This document shows positions 35,940 through 46,438 of a stretch of DNA of 64,000 nucleotides, piece by piece. The position numbers and the translations under genes are program-made. The notes under the pieces were generated by a model, which saw only the letters and a list, made by a program, of their open reading frames with translations, was not told the DNA's origin and searched no databases. How positions within the stretch are numbered: the stretch's first letter is position 1; every line of letters begins with the position of its first letter. The stretch comes from Myxococcales bacterium (GTDB lineage: Bacteria > Myxococcota_C > UBA6777), in contig JACKEL010000004.1 in the NCBI GenBank assembly GCA_020632975.1, positions 271,963-335,962 on the forward strand. The letters are read 5' to 3'.

Positions 35940-38900
35940 TCACCGCTTGATTAGAACAAGGATGATGGTCACAAGGGTCAAGATGACGATGATGTTACCA
36001 CCGATCCAGAGCCACTTGAGACGCTGCTTTCTTTTCTGGAGTCGTTCAAGAAGTTTGACATCAAGGACCGTAAAGTCACCGCCACTGTCATTGTGGGGCT
36101 CTTTGGCGATCTCGTCGAGTTCGAGAGAGAACTCAGGTTGTGATGGTGTGGCGCCTTGCAACATCTGGTAGTACTCAGGAGGGGGCTTGTTTGGGTCATA
36201 AGCGCCCCCTGCGAGTGGAGAAAAGCCTTGGCGTAGCGTAGCGGCTTCTTCGTCTACCACTGGGAGTTGTTGGGGTTCTATGGGCGCATCAAAGCGGTAA
36301 GAAAGGGCGGGGATCTCCCCTTGAGACATGGAGACGACGTTACCAAAAACTTCGTCATCAGCGTTTCTCAGGGAAGGGATGCGGGGGGATGAGACCCGCA
36401 GAGCGGTTGGAGCATCTGCAAAGTCATCGTCGGGATCGTTGGTTTGGTAGATGTTTGTGACGCCTTCGTCGTCTTCGTTCGCTTGATGGGGCAGCAAGAT
36501 GCCCGTAGGAGCGAACTCATCATCATCGTCGAAGGCGTGGCTTGACGCGATGACCTCGTCGGGATCTTGTGGAGCTTGGGGGACAGGCTGAATCGTGGTG
36601 GATTCGCCCCCAAAGTCGCTGTCTTCTGGCTCGTAAAGGTCTCGTGGGCCAGGCAGCAGGGTATCTTCTTTGTGTCTGAGCTTGAACTGAAGATCCTCGA
36701 TCGAAAGCTCATCCGAAAGCAGCAAAGAGGATGTTCGTTGGCGATGTGGCGGCTCGGCGAGTTCTTCCACCAACTGATACGTGGATGAAACCTCCGCACC
36801 CACCGCGTCTCTCTGAAGCAAGGGTGGGAAAAAGGCTTCTGCATCTTCAGGCGAGATACCTTCGATCAGAGGGGCTGTTGCTTGGAAAGCCAACTCTGAG
36901 GACTCTTTTCTCTCACTTTTCTCGGAAGGTTCGATGAGAGGAACCTGAAGTTCTGCGGAGTCTTGCCCATGCAACGGCGTTTTTTCGAGCGGTGCAGCGT
37001 CGAGGCCCGAGCGACTTTCGGGGCCTGGCTCGTCAGATGGTTGCGTTGCTGGCTTGAGCGTGTCGGGCACTGCGAGCATAGAGGACACAGTTGCTGCGCT
37101 GGAGGACTCATCTTCCACAGGAGGGGCGGTTTGTTCTTTGTCTTCTGAGGAGTCCGCCGTTTTGGTCAGGGCATCGCTCGGGGAGATATCGATCTTTTTG
37201 TCGCTGGCAAGGGGGGCAGAGCTTTGTGAACTTGCGGGTGATGCAAGCTTTTCGTCGTCCGCAGGCTTTTCGCCAAATAGAGAAAGTGCGGGTTTTGCGT
37301 CGTTTGTGGTGAGGGGTTGGAATGCGAGAGGAGCCGAGAAAGCGTCCAAGAAAGAGAGCGGATCATCTTCGGGCAGATCGTCGCTGCTGAGAGAGTCGAG
37401 GATCGCGGAAGATGGCGACTTGACAGGGACAGGCTTTTCTTTGGGCAGGGGCGGGGCTGGCAAAGGATCGTCAAACAGCCCTGGCAAGGGGGCGTTGAGC
37501 AGGTCTGGATTGGCTTCGAGCGCAGAGGCTAGGTCTTCCGTCTCTTCATTGGAGAAAGAGACGGGCATCGCGTTGGGATCAGTTGGTTTGGTGTCGATGT
37601 GACGAGGCCCAGAAGGGTTCTTGACAGGAGGTTCAGAGGCAACATAACCTAGCAAGATCTGTTGGAGTTTGTCTTGCTCGCTGATGGGCATCACGGTCTC
37701 GCGGAGCGTTTGTTCTGTGGGGATGCCCACGACTGCGCCAGGCGGTAGATGCGATGGGGAGCTTATCTCTGTCGAAGAAGGACGATGTTGTGTTTCAGTG
37801 AGGGAACTCTCGCTCGATGGGGTGCCTTGGGCGGCTTTGCGGACTTCCTCAAGCGGGGCGGACATGGTGGGTTCCATGGCCTCGTCATGGTTTTCAGGGA
37901 AGAGGGTCGCAAGCGGCGCGGCAGGTTGGCGCATGGGGTTGGGGGTTTGGTTCCCATACATCATCAATGGCACAGGAGAAGGCGTATAGCCTGGCCGCAC
38001 CATGTCCGTGGCAGCGAGGGGTTCGCTGGGTCGTTCGGGTTCGTGAGGGGGAGGAGCCTCTGTAGGCTGCGCGTAGCGTTGCGCGAAGTTGAGCAAGCTA
38101 TCGCGGTGGAAGCCTGAGGGCGCGTCTTCTCGGATAATCTTTTCGAGGGCGCGTTGAACTTGGCGGGCGTCCTCGTAGCGGTCGTCAGGCTTTTTCTCAA
38201 GAAGTTTGAGGACAAGATTATCGAAAGACTCTGGTACGCGCGGGGCTCTTTTTCTGAGGGGTTCAGGGTGATTTTCAAGGATGGAGTAGATGAGGGTGGG
38301 GAGCATATCGCCGAGGAAAGGGCGTTGTCCCGTGCATAGCTCGTACATAATGATGCCGAGTGCGAAGAGGTCAGAGCGAAGATCTTGAGGACGCGCTGTG
38401 ATCTGTTCGGGCGACATGTAAGAAGGTGTGCCCTTGATGATACCCGTTTGCGTTTTATGCTGGACGTTAGAGGCTTTGGCCATCCCAAAGTCGATGATCT
38501 TGATAAAGCCATCCACAGTGAGGAGCATATTTTCGGGTTTGAGGTCGCGGTGGATCAGGTGAAGTGCTTGTCCATCGCGGCCTTTGCTTGTGTGGGCATA
38601 ATGCAGCCCTTTGCATACACCTAGCATCATCTGGGCGACCAGCGTCCAAGGGATCGGCTGGCCCGTCTTGCGAACATGCGTTTCCAAGATCCGACCGAGA
38701 TCTTGCCCGCGGATCAACTCCATCACGATGTAGTCGAGTTCGTTGTGTTGCCCGATGTCGTAGATCTCGACGATATTGGGGTGTTGGAGTTGGGCTGCGA
38801 GATGGGCTTCGTTCAGGAAGATCTGGTGAACTTTTGGATTTTCAAGCGCCTTGGCGTGGACGATCTTGATAACAACGTCTTTTGAAAAGCCGCCCACACC

Positions 38901-39056
38901 AAGCTGTTGGGCCTTCCATACCTCGGCTTGTCCGCCTTTTCCGAGGCGTATCTCGACGATGTATTTCCCACCTGCGATGGGTGTGCCTTCTCTGACGATC
39001 ATGTGGCTTGCTTCTTCTTTGGGCTGCGGCAGTGTTTTTGAAGGGTTTACAGGCAA
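35940..39056 (-). CDS. Ser/Thr protein kinase (1038 aa) with ~650-aa acidic low-complexity region and C-terminal TM helix
   Basis: VVIKIV, HRDLKPENMLL, DFGMAKA and YMSPEQ motifs. C-terminus WLWIGGNIIVILTLVTIILVLIKR. Its stop lies 4 nt from the downstream kinase start. Confidence 0.85.
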   Translation of the reverse strand: MPVNPSKTLPQPKEEASHMIVREGTPIAGGKYIVEIRLGKGGQAEVWKAQQLGVGGFSKDVVIKIVHAKALENPKVHQIFLNEAHLAAQLQHPNIVEIYDIGQHNELDYIVMELIRGQDLGRILETHVRKTGQPIPWTLVAQMMLGVCKGLHYAHTSKGRDGQALHLIHRDLKPENMLLTVDGFIKIIDFGMAKASNVQHKTQTGIIKGTPSYMSPEQITARPQDLRSDLFALGIIMYELCTGQRPFLGDMLPTLIYSILENHPEPLRKRAPRVPESFDNLVLKLLEKKPDDRYEDARQVQRALEKIIREDAPSGFHRDSLLNFAQRYAQPTEAPPPHEPERPSEPLAATDMVRPGYTPSPVPLMMYGNQTPNPMRQPAAPLATLFPENHDEAMEPTMSAPLEEVRKAAQGTPSSESSLTETQHRPSSTEISSPSHLPPGAVVGIPTEQTLRETVMPISEQDKLQQILLGYVASEPPVKNPSGPRHIDTKPTDPNAMPVSFSNEETEDLASALEANPDLLNAPLPGLFDDPLPAPPLPKEKPVPVKSPSSAILDSLSSDDLPEDDPLSFLDAFSAPLAFQPLTTNDAKPALSLFGEKPADDEKLASPASSQSSAPLASDKKIDISPSDALTKTADSSEDKEQTAPPVEDESSSAATVSSMLAVPDTLKPATQPSDEPGPESRSGLDAAPLEKTPLHGQDSAELQVPLIEPSEKSERKESSELAFQATAPLIEGISPEDAEAFFPPLLQRDAVGAEVSSTYQLVEELAEPPHRQRTSSLLLSDELSIEDLQFKLRHKEDTLLPGPRDLYEPEDSDFGGESTTIQPVPQAPQDPDEVIASSHAFDDDDEFAPTGILLPHQANEDDEGVTNIYQTNDPDDDFADAPTALRVSSPRIPSLRNADDEVFGNVVSMSQGEIPALSYRFDAPIEPQQLPVVDEEAATLRQGFSPLAGGAYDPNKPPPEYYQMLQGATPSQPEFSLELDEIAKEPHNDSGGDFTVLDVKLLERLQKRKQRLKWLWIGGNIIVILTLVTIILVLIKR

Positions 39057-39225
39057 AAACCTTCCAAGAACATTGTCTTATCGCTGGTTGGGACAGTAGC
39101 TATCCGTTCTCAAGGATAATGGCCGTCCTCCATGGAACTAGACTACCCATGCGCTGCTTGCTGTCAAGAGAACAACATTTCTACAGACAAGAACTTGCGT
39201 GCGGTGGGAGAAGAGAAGTGGGACT

Positions 39226-39984
39226 TTAGTCTTCCAAGGCGAAGCGGACAGGGATGCGAAACTCAGCCCAAGCGCGGGCATATCCTGAGGGCAAGGTGGG
39301 AAGGGGCAGCGCAGCGCTTACCATGCGAACGGCCTCTTTGTCGAGAACGCCATAGCCGCTTGAGCGGAGGACCTTGGGAGGGCGCGCGAGGTTTCCTTTG
39401 GGGGTCACACGCAGCAAGACGACGACCAGACCTTCGAGGCCCATGCGTTGTGCCATCGGGGGGTAGCGTTTGTGGCGCTGGAGGACTTTTCCCAACATGC
39501 TGCGATAAGGGCCCAGATCCACGGGGGCTGCGGGGCGTGGAGTGGCTTTCGCAACTTTTCGTGGTGGAGGTGGCGGTGGATCGGGGCGGACCGGTTCGGG
39601 TCGAGCGACGGGTTGTGGCTCAGGTTGCACGATAGGCCGCGGCGTAGGCTTGGCGATGGGACGGGGGCGAGGTCGCATCACTGGGCGCGGCTTCGGACGT
39701 CGTATCCGCTTGCGTGGTTTGCGTTTTTTTGGTTTACGCTTGGGTGCAGGCTGCACGGGAGGCGTTGGCCGCGGTTGTGTGCGTGGTGGCGGAGGTGGCG
39801 GTGGTTTGCGAGCGATGAGTTTGATGCGCAACGGTGGCGGCGGGGGTGGTGGGCCTTGCATGCTCAATGGAAGCCAGCCCAAAAGACTGTGGGCCATGAG
39901 CGCGAAGACAAACGCCGTCAACCATGAGGTCTTTCTTGGGGTAGGGGGTTGAGTACGCATCGGGTTGATCCTTTTTCTACACAC
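39226..39984 (-). CDS. tonB: Energy transducer TonB
   Basis: N-terminal TM anchor, long Pro-rich spacer with (KP/RP)n repeats, and a C-terminal TonB domain that supports the family assignment. Confidence 0.75.
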   Translation of the reverse strand: MCRKRINPMRTQPPTPRKTSWLTAFVFALMAHSLLGWLPLSMQGPPPPPPPLRIKLIARKPPPPPPPRTQPRPTPPVQPAPKRKPKKRKPRKRIRRPKPRPVMRPRPRPIAKPTPRPIVQPEPQPVARPEPVRPDPPPPPPRKVAKATPRPAAPVDLGPYRSMLGKVLQRHKRYPPMAQRMGLEGLVVVLLRVTPKGNLARPPKVLRSSGYGVLDKEAVRMVSAALPLPTLPSGYARAWAEFRIPVRFALED

Positions 39985-39995
39985 GGGAGCCGAGA

Positions 39996-40397
39996 TTAGG
40001 GATTGGGCTTTACATCTGCGGCGGCTAGAGAGACGGATTGAAACTGAAGTTTGGCGGCGAGATCCAAAACAAAAACAGCATGTTGCAAAGCAACTTTGCT
40101 ATCTGCTCGGATCACAAGGTCTTTGTGGCGTTCGCGGAGTTGTTTGAGTTGGACAGTGAGGTCTTTTTTGGAGATGTCGCGTCCGTCCACTTGGTACTGC
40201 CCGCGGCTGCCCACCGTTAAGATCAGGGGCTTTTTGGGGCTGGCTTGGACGCTTTCTGCGGTGGGAAGCTCGACCTTCAAGCCACGGATTCGCTCGAAGT
40301 TGGCCGCGATGACCACAAAGATCAACAAGATAAAGACGACATCGATCAGCGGTGTCAGTCCGATCTCAGGGGTGCTTCGTCGTGGGGCTTCAAACAT
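39996..40397 (-). CDS. exbD: Biopolymer transport protein ExbD/TolR
   Basis: 133 aa with a single N-terminal TM (TPLIDVVFILLIFVVIA) and an ExbD periplasmic domain. Confidence 0.85.
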   Translation of the reverse strand: MFEAPRRSTPEIGLTPLIDVVFILLIFVVIAANFERIRGLKVELPTAESVQASPKKPLILTVGSRGQYQVDGRDISKKDLTVQLKQLRERHKDLVIRADSKVALQHAVFVLDLAAKLQFQSVSLAAADVKPNP

Positions 40398-40456
40398 GGG
40401 TATATCGCATCTTTTGTCTGGCTTGTTGAGACTTTCGAGGGTTTGGGCAGAGGCTT

Positions 40457-41227
40457 TTAGAGAGAGCCTAGGCGTGGTGGCTCGTCTTCGTTGCCTTTTG
40501 CGTCAGAGACCTCTTGCGGCGAAACACCCAAAGCCACGGTGTGCTGGCCGTTGACAGCTGCTTGATTGGGGGCTTCGGGCTTCGCTTTGTTGGATTCTTC
40601 GGGCCAAGGTCCATCGAGAGGCGGAAGGACGTGCAACATGCGTTCGACGCTGTCGCGCAGTTGCATGCGCAGATTGTCCACACGACTGTTGAGATAGTGG
40701 TGTCCTGCGAGTGTTGGGGCCGCAACGACGAGACCTGCTGCTGTGGTCAACAATGCTTGCCAGATCCCCGAAGACAACGCCGCTGCGTTGACATTGGCCA
40801 TGCCCGCACTTTGAAGTCCAAAAAAGAGTTGGACCATACCAATGACCGTTCCCAAAAGTCCCAACAGTGGGGCGATTTGTGAGACGAGTCCCAACAAGGG
40901 CAAGTTGCGTTCAAAGGTGCTGAGTTCCAAAAGCCCGACGCGCTCGGCTTCTGCGGGGACACGATCTGGGCGCAGGGCCGCGATGCGCGAAGAAGCCGCA
41001 AGGACGCGGGCCACGGGGTGGTCGATCTTTTCGGCTTGTTCGGCGGCTGCGATATAGTGCATGGCCCCGATCCTTTGGAGCAAAGGTTCGACCCAAGGGA
41101 GTTGGTTGGCGCTGATCTTTCGATAAAGCCAGAGTCGCTGGCAAAAGACTGTGAGCGCCAAGATCGAGCATAAGTAGATGGGCCACATCGCCCATCCACC
41201 CTGCGCTAAGAGGTTTGCAACCGTCAT
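40457..41227 (-). CDS. exbB: MotA/TolQ/ExbB proton-channel protein
   Basis: Three TM helices. Conserved TVIGMV...F region (GLLGTVIGMVQLF). Confidence 0.85.
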   Translation of the reverse strand: MTVANLLAQGGWAMWPIYLCSILALTVFCQRLWLYRKISANQLPWVEPLLQRIGAMHYIAAAEQAEKIDHPVARVLAASSRIAALRPDRVPAEAERVGLLELSTFERNLPLLGLVSQIAPLLGLLGTVIGMVQLFFGLQSAGMANVNAAALSSGIWQALLTTAAGLVVAAPTLAGHHYLNSRVDNLRMQLRDSVERMLHVLPPLDGPWPEESNKAKPEAPNQAAVNGQHTVALGVSPQEVSDAKGNEDEPPRLGSL

Positions 41228-41253
41228 CGTTTTCCCATCATCCGAGAGACAAG

Positions 41254-41271
41254 AGAGAAGAGTTCTTCTCT
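41254..41271. promoter_or_regulatory. 8-bp inverted repeat AGAGAAGA gt TCTTCTCT in the exbB upstream region
   Basis: Seen in the sequence ~30 nt upstream of the exbB start. Possible operator. Does not match a Fur box. Confidence 0.2.
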
Positions 41272-41389
41272 AAAATCCTATAAAAAACAAAGTATTGCCT
41301 ATCTTGCTTCGTGTCTCACGACATCCCGCGAGCGCTCAACATGCGAGAGACCCCAACAGATTGTCAAGATCTAAAGCTTCTTGAAATGT

Positions 41390-42166
41390 TCAGAGAGACC
41401 GACCGAGGTGTTCGAGGACGGCTTGGCGGTAGGCATGTGGAGGGATCCAACCCAACGAAGGAGGGGGATCTTCTGACTTGAGGCGACACTGGTCATCGAG
41501 CCATGATAGCTTTTGCTCAAGGAAGGGACGCAGCAACTCGTCTGGATGTCCCAACAGAAACTCACTAAACAGCCAGTCTTCTGGGGCCAGTGTGGTGGGT
41601 GGTGTGGCTTGGGAGGGGATCTCCACAAGATGGCCGACGTAGAAGATGCGGTGATCTTCGACAAGGTACTCATCCCGCAAGATCCAGCCTTGCATCAGGA
41701 TAAAACGCCGCAAGAGTTCTTCTTGGGTGTTGCTTTGCAACAAGAGGTAGCGCAACCCCAAACGGTGGAGATCTCTCGCACGCAAGATCCGCTCGATGCT
41801 GTTGCGGCCCATCCCTGCGATGGTGATCGCATCGACCTCGCCATCTTGAAGCGGCGCAAGACCGTCCCCTAGGCGAAGTTCAATCGAACCCTCCGGTTTA
41901 TAGAGATCGATGTTCTCGCGGGCGACCCCCAAGGGAGCGGCATTTTTGTCGCAAGCCAACACGTGTTGCGTGTGTCCCCGCGCAACGAGATGCAAGGGAA
42001 GGTGCCCATGATCGGTGCCTATATCCGCGACGCGCCAAGAGGGTTGGACCCAACGCAACAAGCCTGCAAGTCGAGGCTTGAGCAAGGGGAGCGAAGTTTC
42101 GTCTTTGAAGGGGCCCAGAAAGGGCTTTCTTTGCTGTGAATTAACCAATGGGGATGCCTTTCCCAT
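41390..42166 (-). CDS. trmK: tRNA (adenine22-N1)-methyltransferase TrmK-like class I SAM methyltransferase
   Basis: ADIGTDHGHLP...LRLGDGL...DAITIAGMG matches the TrmK/YqfN signature order. Confidence 0.7.
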   Translation of the reverse strand: MGKASPLVNSQQRKPFLGPFKDETSLPLLKPRLAGLLRWVQPSWRVADIGTDHGHLPLHLVARGHTQHVLACDKNAAPLGVARENIDLYKPEGSIELRLGDGLAPLQDGEVDAITIAGMGRNSIERILRARDLHRLGLRYLLLQSNTQEELLRRFILMQGWILRDEYLVEDHRIFYVGHLVEIPSQATPPTTLAPEDWLFSEFLLGHPDELLRPFLEQKLSWLDDQCRLKSEDPPPSLGWIPPHAYRQAVLEHLGRSL

Positions 42167-43580
42167 CTTCCTCTTCTCCCGTGTTCAGCGGGGCTTCTTC
42201 TGTCATGAGCCATTCGGGGGTTTCGAGATCTTCGAAGCTGTGGGACACGCTGTGGAAAAGGTTGTGCATGTGGTGAGAACGTAGATCCATCAACTGACGC
42301 AAAGCGCGTTCAAGGTTGGGTTCGAGGCGGCGGATCAGGCGGTAAGACTCAACAGGCAGGTGCAGCAAGATCCCACCATCAGGCATCCAGACAGAAGCGG
42401 TGGTGGGTTCATTGTTGAGCAAGGAGAACTCCCCAAAGGTGTCGCCTTCAGAAAGTGTCGCGAGGTGAATACGCCTTCCATCGGGGGTTTGGGCCATGAC
42501 CACTGCTTCGCCATGCAAGATCACGAAAAGGCCGGGAGGTTCGGCCCCTTGCTCAAAGACCTTCTCGTCCACCTCGACCACGCGAAGTTTAAAGGCGCGG
42601 AGTAGGCTATCTTTGGTTTCCACCGCAGAGAACACATCGCTCAAACGCAACAAGTTGTCGAGCTGGCGGCGCTTGATCAGTTGATGCAGAGACTGGATCA
42701 GTTGGGGGTGTTTGTGTGCAAGCGCAGACATCAACGCAGAGTCGATGCACCACGCAACACCCGGTCCTTGGGAGACAACAGAAGCTCGTCGAGCGACTGT
42801 TGTCAACAAAGACATCTCCCCAATAAAAGTGGGGGCTTGGAGCGTTGCGAGCGTCACGACTTCCTTGCTTGGGCGGCGTTGATGGACTTCCACGACACCA
42901 TGAGAAAGCAGGTAGAATGTACGGTCGTTGTCGCCTTGTTCGATCAGGGTCTGGCCGCGTTGAAGTTGTAGGGGTTGGACCAAGAGCGCAAGTTCATAGA
43001 GATCATCTGCAAGAAGATCCCCAAACAGCGGGGGAGATGGAAGAGGCGAGTTGGGGGGAAGTCCGATCCCATGGAGGTCACGGGCGAGGTTGTGAACCAA
43101 CGCAAGTTGATCTTCCAACTCTTCTGAGACTTCGATGTCCAAGGGATCGGCAGGATGAGGCGCTGAGATATGTCCAAGGATGCGTTTGTCCATCCCAAAT
43201 CGATCCGCAAGTTCGCGTACCAAGACAGTCTGCACATTTTCGGGAAGATGCATCCGCGCAAGTGCGAGGGCACTAAAAAACTCGCCCCGCAACGAAGATA
43301 CCCGAACAGCGGAGATCATCACCGCTGACGCGAGATCCGCTTCGCCCATGCTCGCAAGTTCGTTGGCCAGAAAAACACGTGCTTTGACCGCGTCAGGTTG
43401 TTGGATGACCGCGAGGATCTTCTCTCCCAAGCTCATCGTGTGTCCCTTTCTCTTCGATCTTTCTTGTTGGGTGAGGTGACTCTCCGTGGTCACAAGAAAG
43501 ATCCTAGCTGTAGCTCTCGTTGGAGCGGGGGTTTGGGAACCTGCACGCTCACGCTGTGAAGCGACGGGTGCAGTGCTCAT
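42141..43580 (-). CDS. Tandem cyclic-nucleotide-binding (CNB) domain protein with ~150-aa N-terminal unknown region
   Basis: Two CNB-like beta-roll segments (LQRGQTLIEQGDNDRTFYLLSHGVVEV, and FEQGAEPPGLFVILHGEAVV...FGEFSLL). The probable real start is the internal MSLGEK Met near 43435. The stop overlaps the trmK start by 26 nt. Confidence 0.7.
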   Translation of the reverse strand: MSTAPVASQRERAGSQTPAPTRATARIFLVTTESHLTQQERSKRKGHTMSLGEKILAVIQQPDAVKARVFLANELASMGEADLASAVMISAVRVSSLRGEFFSALALARMHLPENVQTVLVRELADRFGMDKRILGHISAPHPADPLDIEVSEELEDQLALVHNLARDLHGIGLPPNSPLPSPPLFGDLLADDLYELALLVQPLQLQRGQTLIEQGDNDRTFYLLSHGVVEVHQRRPSKEVVTLATLQAPTFIGEMSLLTTVARRASVVSQGPGVAWCIDSALMSALAHKHPQLIQSLHQLIKRRQLDNLLRLSDVFSAVETKDSLLRAFKLRVVEVDEKVFEQGAEPPGLFVILHGEAVVMAQTPDGRRIHLATLSEGDTFGEFSLLNNEPTTASVWMPDGGILLHLPVESYRLIRRLEPNLERALRQLMDLRSHHMHNLFHSVSHSFEDLETPEWLMTEEAPLNTGEEEDGKGIPIG

Positions 43581-43762
43581 GAATCGTTGTTCTTATAACA
43601 CACTACGATCCGTTTCGCGAACCAACAAACGATCTCTTTGCGATCAACCATTGACTCTTGGGGGGATCGGTTTAGCTTTGGCGCGATCTTCTATGATGGG
43701 CCTTTGGAAAACTTGCTCCAAAAGTCTCGAAGACCTCCCCCCAACAAAGAAAGGGTCGACTT

Positions 43763-46438
43763 GTGTTAAAGAGCTTGCGTTCATGGTGGAGTCGTTTCTT
43801 ACATCCAGGTAGTGCCTTGTCCTATAAGCCTCTTTTGCTACAGGTCAACGCTTTTGAACCCAAGATGCAAGCGATGTCTGCACAAGAACTCGCTGGGCAA
43901 ACAGCCCTGTTTCGAGCGCGCCTAGAACAAGGACAGCCCCTTCTCTCTTTGTTGCCTGAAGCTTTTGCGACTGTGCGCGAAGTCGGGCGACGCGAGTTGG
44001 GGATGCGTCACTTTGATGTACAGATTCTTGGGGGAGCGGCCCTTGCGCACGGTGGGATCGCGGAGATGAAAACAGGGGAAGGAAAGACCCTTGTGGCGAC
44101 TTTGCCCGCTTATCTGTACGCGCTGCAAGGAAAAGGCGTCCATGTGATCACGGTCAACGATTATCTTGCCTCTCGTGATGCCGAGTGGATGGGCAAGATC
44201 TATCGTTTCTTGGGACTCGAAGTTGGGGTTGTCCTTGAAGATATGGGCGAAGGCGAAAAAGAGATCGCACGTCGTCAAACCGCTTACAGTGCGGATATCA
44301 CGTATGTTACGAACCACGAAGTGGTCTTTGATTATCTGCGTGATCACCTCGCCACACATCCGAGTGAACTTGTCCAACGCGCGCCTCACTTCGCTATCGT
44401 CGATGAAGTGGACCTGCTTTTGATTGATGAGGTACGTACACCATTGATCATCAGCGGCCCAGCCCATGAGGATGTTTCGTTGTTTGCGGACGTCGATAAG
44501 ATCATCCGCAAGCTTCAGATCGGCCCAGACCTCCGCTTTCATCCGCGTACCAAGACCGCGACACTCACAGAGTCTGGACAAGAAAAAGTCGAGGCCGCAC
44601 TGCAACGCAATCTCAGCGATCCTGACAACCTTGCTTGGTTTCATGCGGTCCATCAGTCCGTCCAAGCCCATGGTGCCTTTAAGCGCGATGTCGATTACAT
44701 CGTAAAAGGCGGGGAAGTCCAACTGATCGACGAGCACACAGGGCGGGTCTCTCCTGACAAACGCTTTTCAGATGGGCTTCACCAAGCCCTCGAAGCCAAA
44801 GAGCGACTGCGTGTACAGGCCGAAGATCGGACCTTTGCGCGGATGAGTTATCAGCAATACTTTCGACTTTATCCCAAACTTTGCGGGATGACGGGGACGG
44901 CTGCTTCTGAAAAGCAAGAGTTCTCCGAAACCTACGGTCTGCGGGTCTTGGCTGTCCCTACAAACAAGACCGTGCAACGAAAAGATTACATGGATGTGAT
45001 CTACGCATCTGAGCGCGAAAAACACGAAGCCATCGCCTCTTCCATCGAGGACATCCACGAAGAAGGTCAGCCTATCTTGGTCGGCACCACCTCTGTCGAA
45101 GAGTCCGAACAACTCGTGCGTTTGCTCAAAAAGCGCGGTCTCTCGTGCGAAGTCCTCAACGCCAAGGATCATGAACGAGAAGCCGATGTCGTCGCACAGG
45201 CCGGACGCAAGGGCGCGATCACCATCTCTACGAATATGGCGGGCCGCGGGACAGACATCTTGCTTGGCGGGAATGTCGAAAGGCTCGTCGCCTTGGAAGA
45301 AAAAAAGAAGGGCAAAAAAGCCTCCGCCCAAGAGATCGAGAAGCAGTGTGAGGCCGAACGCAAGGCTGTGATCGAAGCGGGCGGGCTGTTTGTGATCGGG
45401 ACTTCGCTACACGACTCCCCACGCCTCGATAACCAACTTCGCGGTCGCGCGGGGCGTCAAGGTGATCCTGGAGCGTCGCAGTTTTTTGTCTCTTTCGATG
45501 ATGAGATCTTTGCAAAGTACGGAGAGGCCGAAGTCGCGGCACTTCAACACGACTTTGAAGAACATCCTGAAGGAGAAGAGATCGACAATCGCTCTGTTCG
45601 AGCGATGCTCTATGCGCTCCGTGACAAGGTCACTTTCGAACATCGTGCTGAGCGCAAAGAAACGCTCAAATACGATAGCGTCGTGCATCAACAACGCGAA
45701 CAGATCTACCAGTGGCGCCAAGAGATCCTTTTGGAAGCTGTCTCTCCCCAAGAACATCGCAGCCAAGCGCGTGAGATGATCCTCGAAGTCCTCGAAGAAC
45801 AAGCTTTTCTCGCGTTTGATGGACTCCAACCTGACGAAGATCTTGGGCCGCTTTTTGATGAGTTTGAGCAGGTCTTGCAAGAGATCTTTCGTTTTCCTTT
45901 GGAAGTCCCGCGTCTTCCAGAGAGCCGTGATCTTGCAGATGCGGTCGTTGCGAAGATCCAAGAGGCCGTCCTTGCGGAGTTTGATCGTCGTTTTCCTTTC
46001 TCGTCGAGCGAAAAGGAAGAAGCGCCAAGCTCCAAAGCGACTGAGTCCTTGCCCCAAGCCCTTGTGGAGATGCAACGCACGCTGCTCCTCGAAAGCATTG
46101 ATGATGCTTGGATCGATCACCTCGGCGCCATCGAACGTTTGGAAGACAATGTCAGCCTCTATGGATACGCAGAACAAGATCCCATCGTGATCTTTCGCAG
46201 AGCAGCAGGGGTCCAGTTTGGTGAACTCTTGGCAGAGATCCGCTTGCGTGTCGTGAGCCTGTGGTTTGCCCTAGAACTTGAAGAAGTCCGCCCCTCACGT
46301 GAGAAGTCTGGTTCTGCGGAGAAAAAGAAAAAGTCTGAGAAAGAGAAGCCCGAAAAAGACGAGAAAAAAGCCAAACGCGACAAACATCCGCTCTTGCATC
46401 CCTCCAATCGCAAACGCCGCAAACGCAAGATGGCTTAA
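43763..46438 (+). CDS. secA: Preprotein translocase ATPase SecA
   Basis: MRHFDVQILGGAALAHGGIAEMKTGEGKTLVATLPAYL (DEAD-motor Walker A). Full-length, 891 aa, with a Lys-rich C-terminal tail ending in a CxxC-less short tail. Confidence 0.95.
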   Translation: MLKSLRSWWSRFLHPGSALSYKPLLLQVNAFEPKMQAMSAQELAGQTALFRARLEQGQPLLSLLPEAFATVREVGRRELGMRHFDVQILGGAALAHGGIAEMKTGEGKTLVATLPAYLYALQGKGVHVITVNDYLASRDAEWMGKIYRFLGLEVGVVLEDMGEGEKEIARRQTAYSADITYVTNHEVVFDYLRDHLATHPSELVQRAPHFAIVDEVDLLLIDEVRTPLIISGPAHEDVSLFADVDKIIRKLQIGPDLRFHPRTKTATLTESGQEKVEAALQRNLSDPDNLAWFHAVHQSVQAHGAFKRDVDYIVKGGEVQLIDEHTGRVSPDKRFSDGLHQALEAKERLRVQAEDRTFARMSYQQYFRLYPKLCGMTGTAASEKQEFSETYGLRVLAVPTNKTVQRKDYMDVIYASEREKHEAIASSIEDIHEEGQPILVGTTSVEESEQLVRLLKKRGLSCEVLNAKDHEREADVVAQAGRKGAITISTNMAGRGTDILLGGNVERLVALEEKKKGKKASAQEIEKQCEAERKAVIEAGGLFVIGTSLHDSPRLDNQLRGRAGRQGDPGASQFFVSFDDEIFAKYGEAEVAALQHDFEEHPEGEEIDNRSVRAMLYALRDKVTFEHRAERKETLKYDSVVHQQREQIYQWRQEILLEAVSPQEHRSQAREMILEVLEEQAFLAFDGLQPDEDLGPLFDEFEQVLQEIFRFPLEVPRLPESRDLADAVVAKIQEAVLAEFDRRFPFSSSEKEEAPSSKATESLPQALVEMQRTLLLESIDDAWIDHLGAIERLEDNVSLYGYAEQDPIVIFRRAAGVQFGELLAEIRLRVVSLWFALELEEVRPSREKSGSAEKKKKSEKEKPEKDEKKAKRDKHPLLHPSNRKRRKRKMA

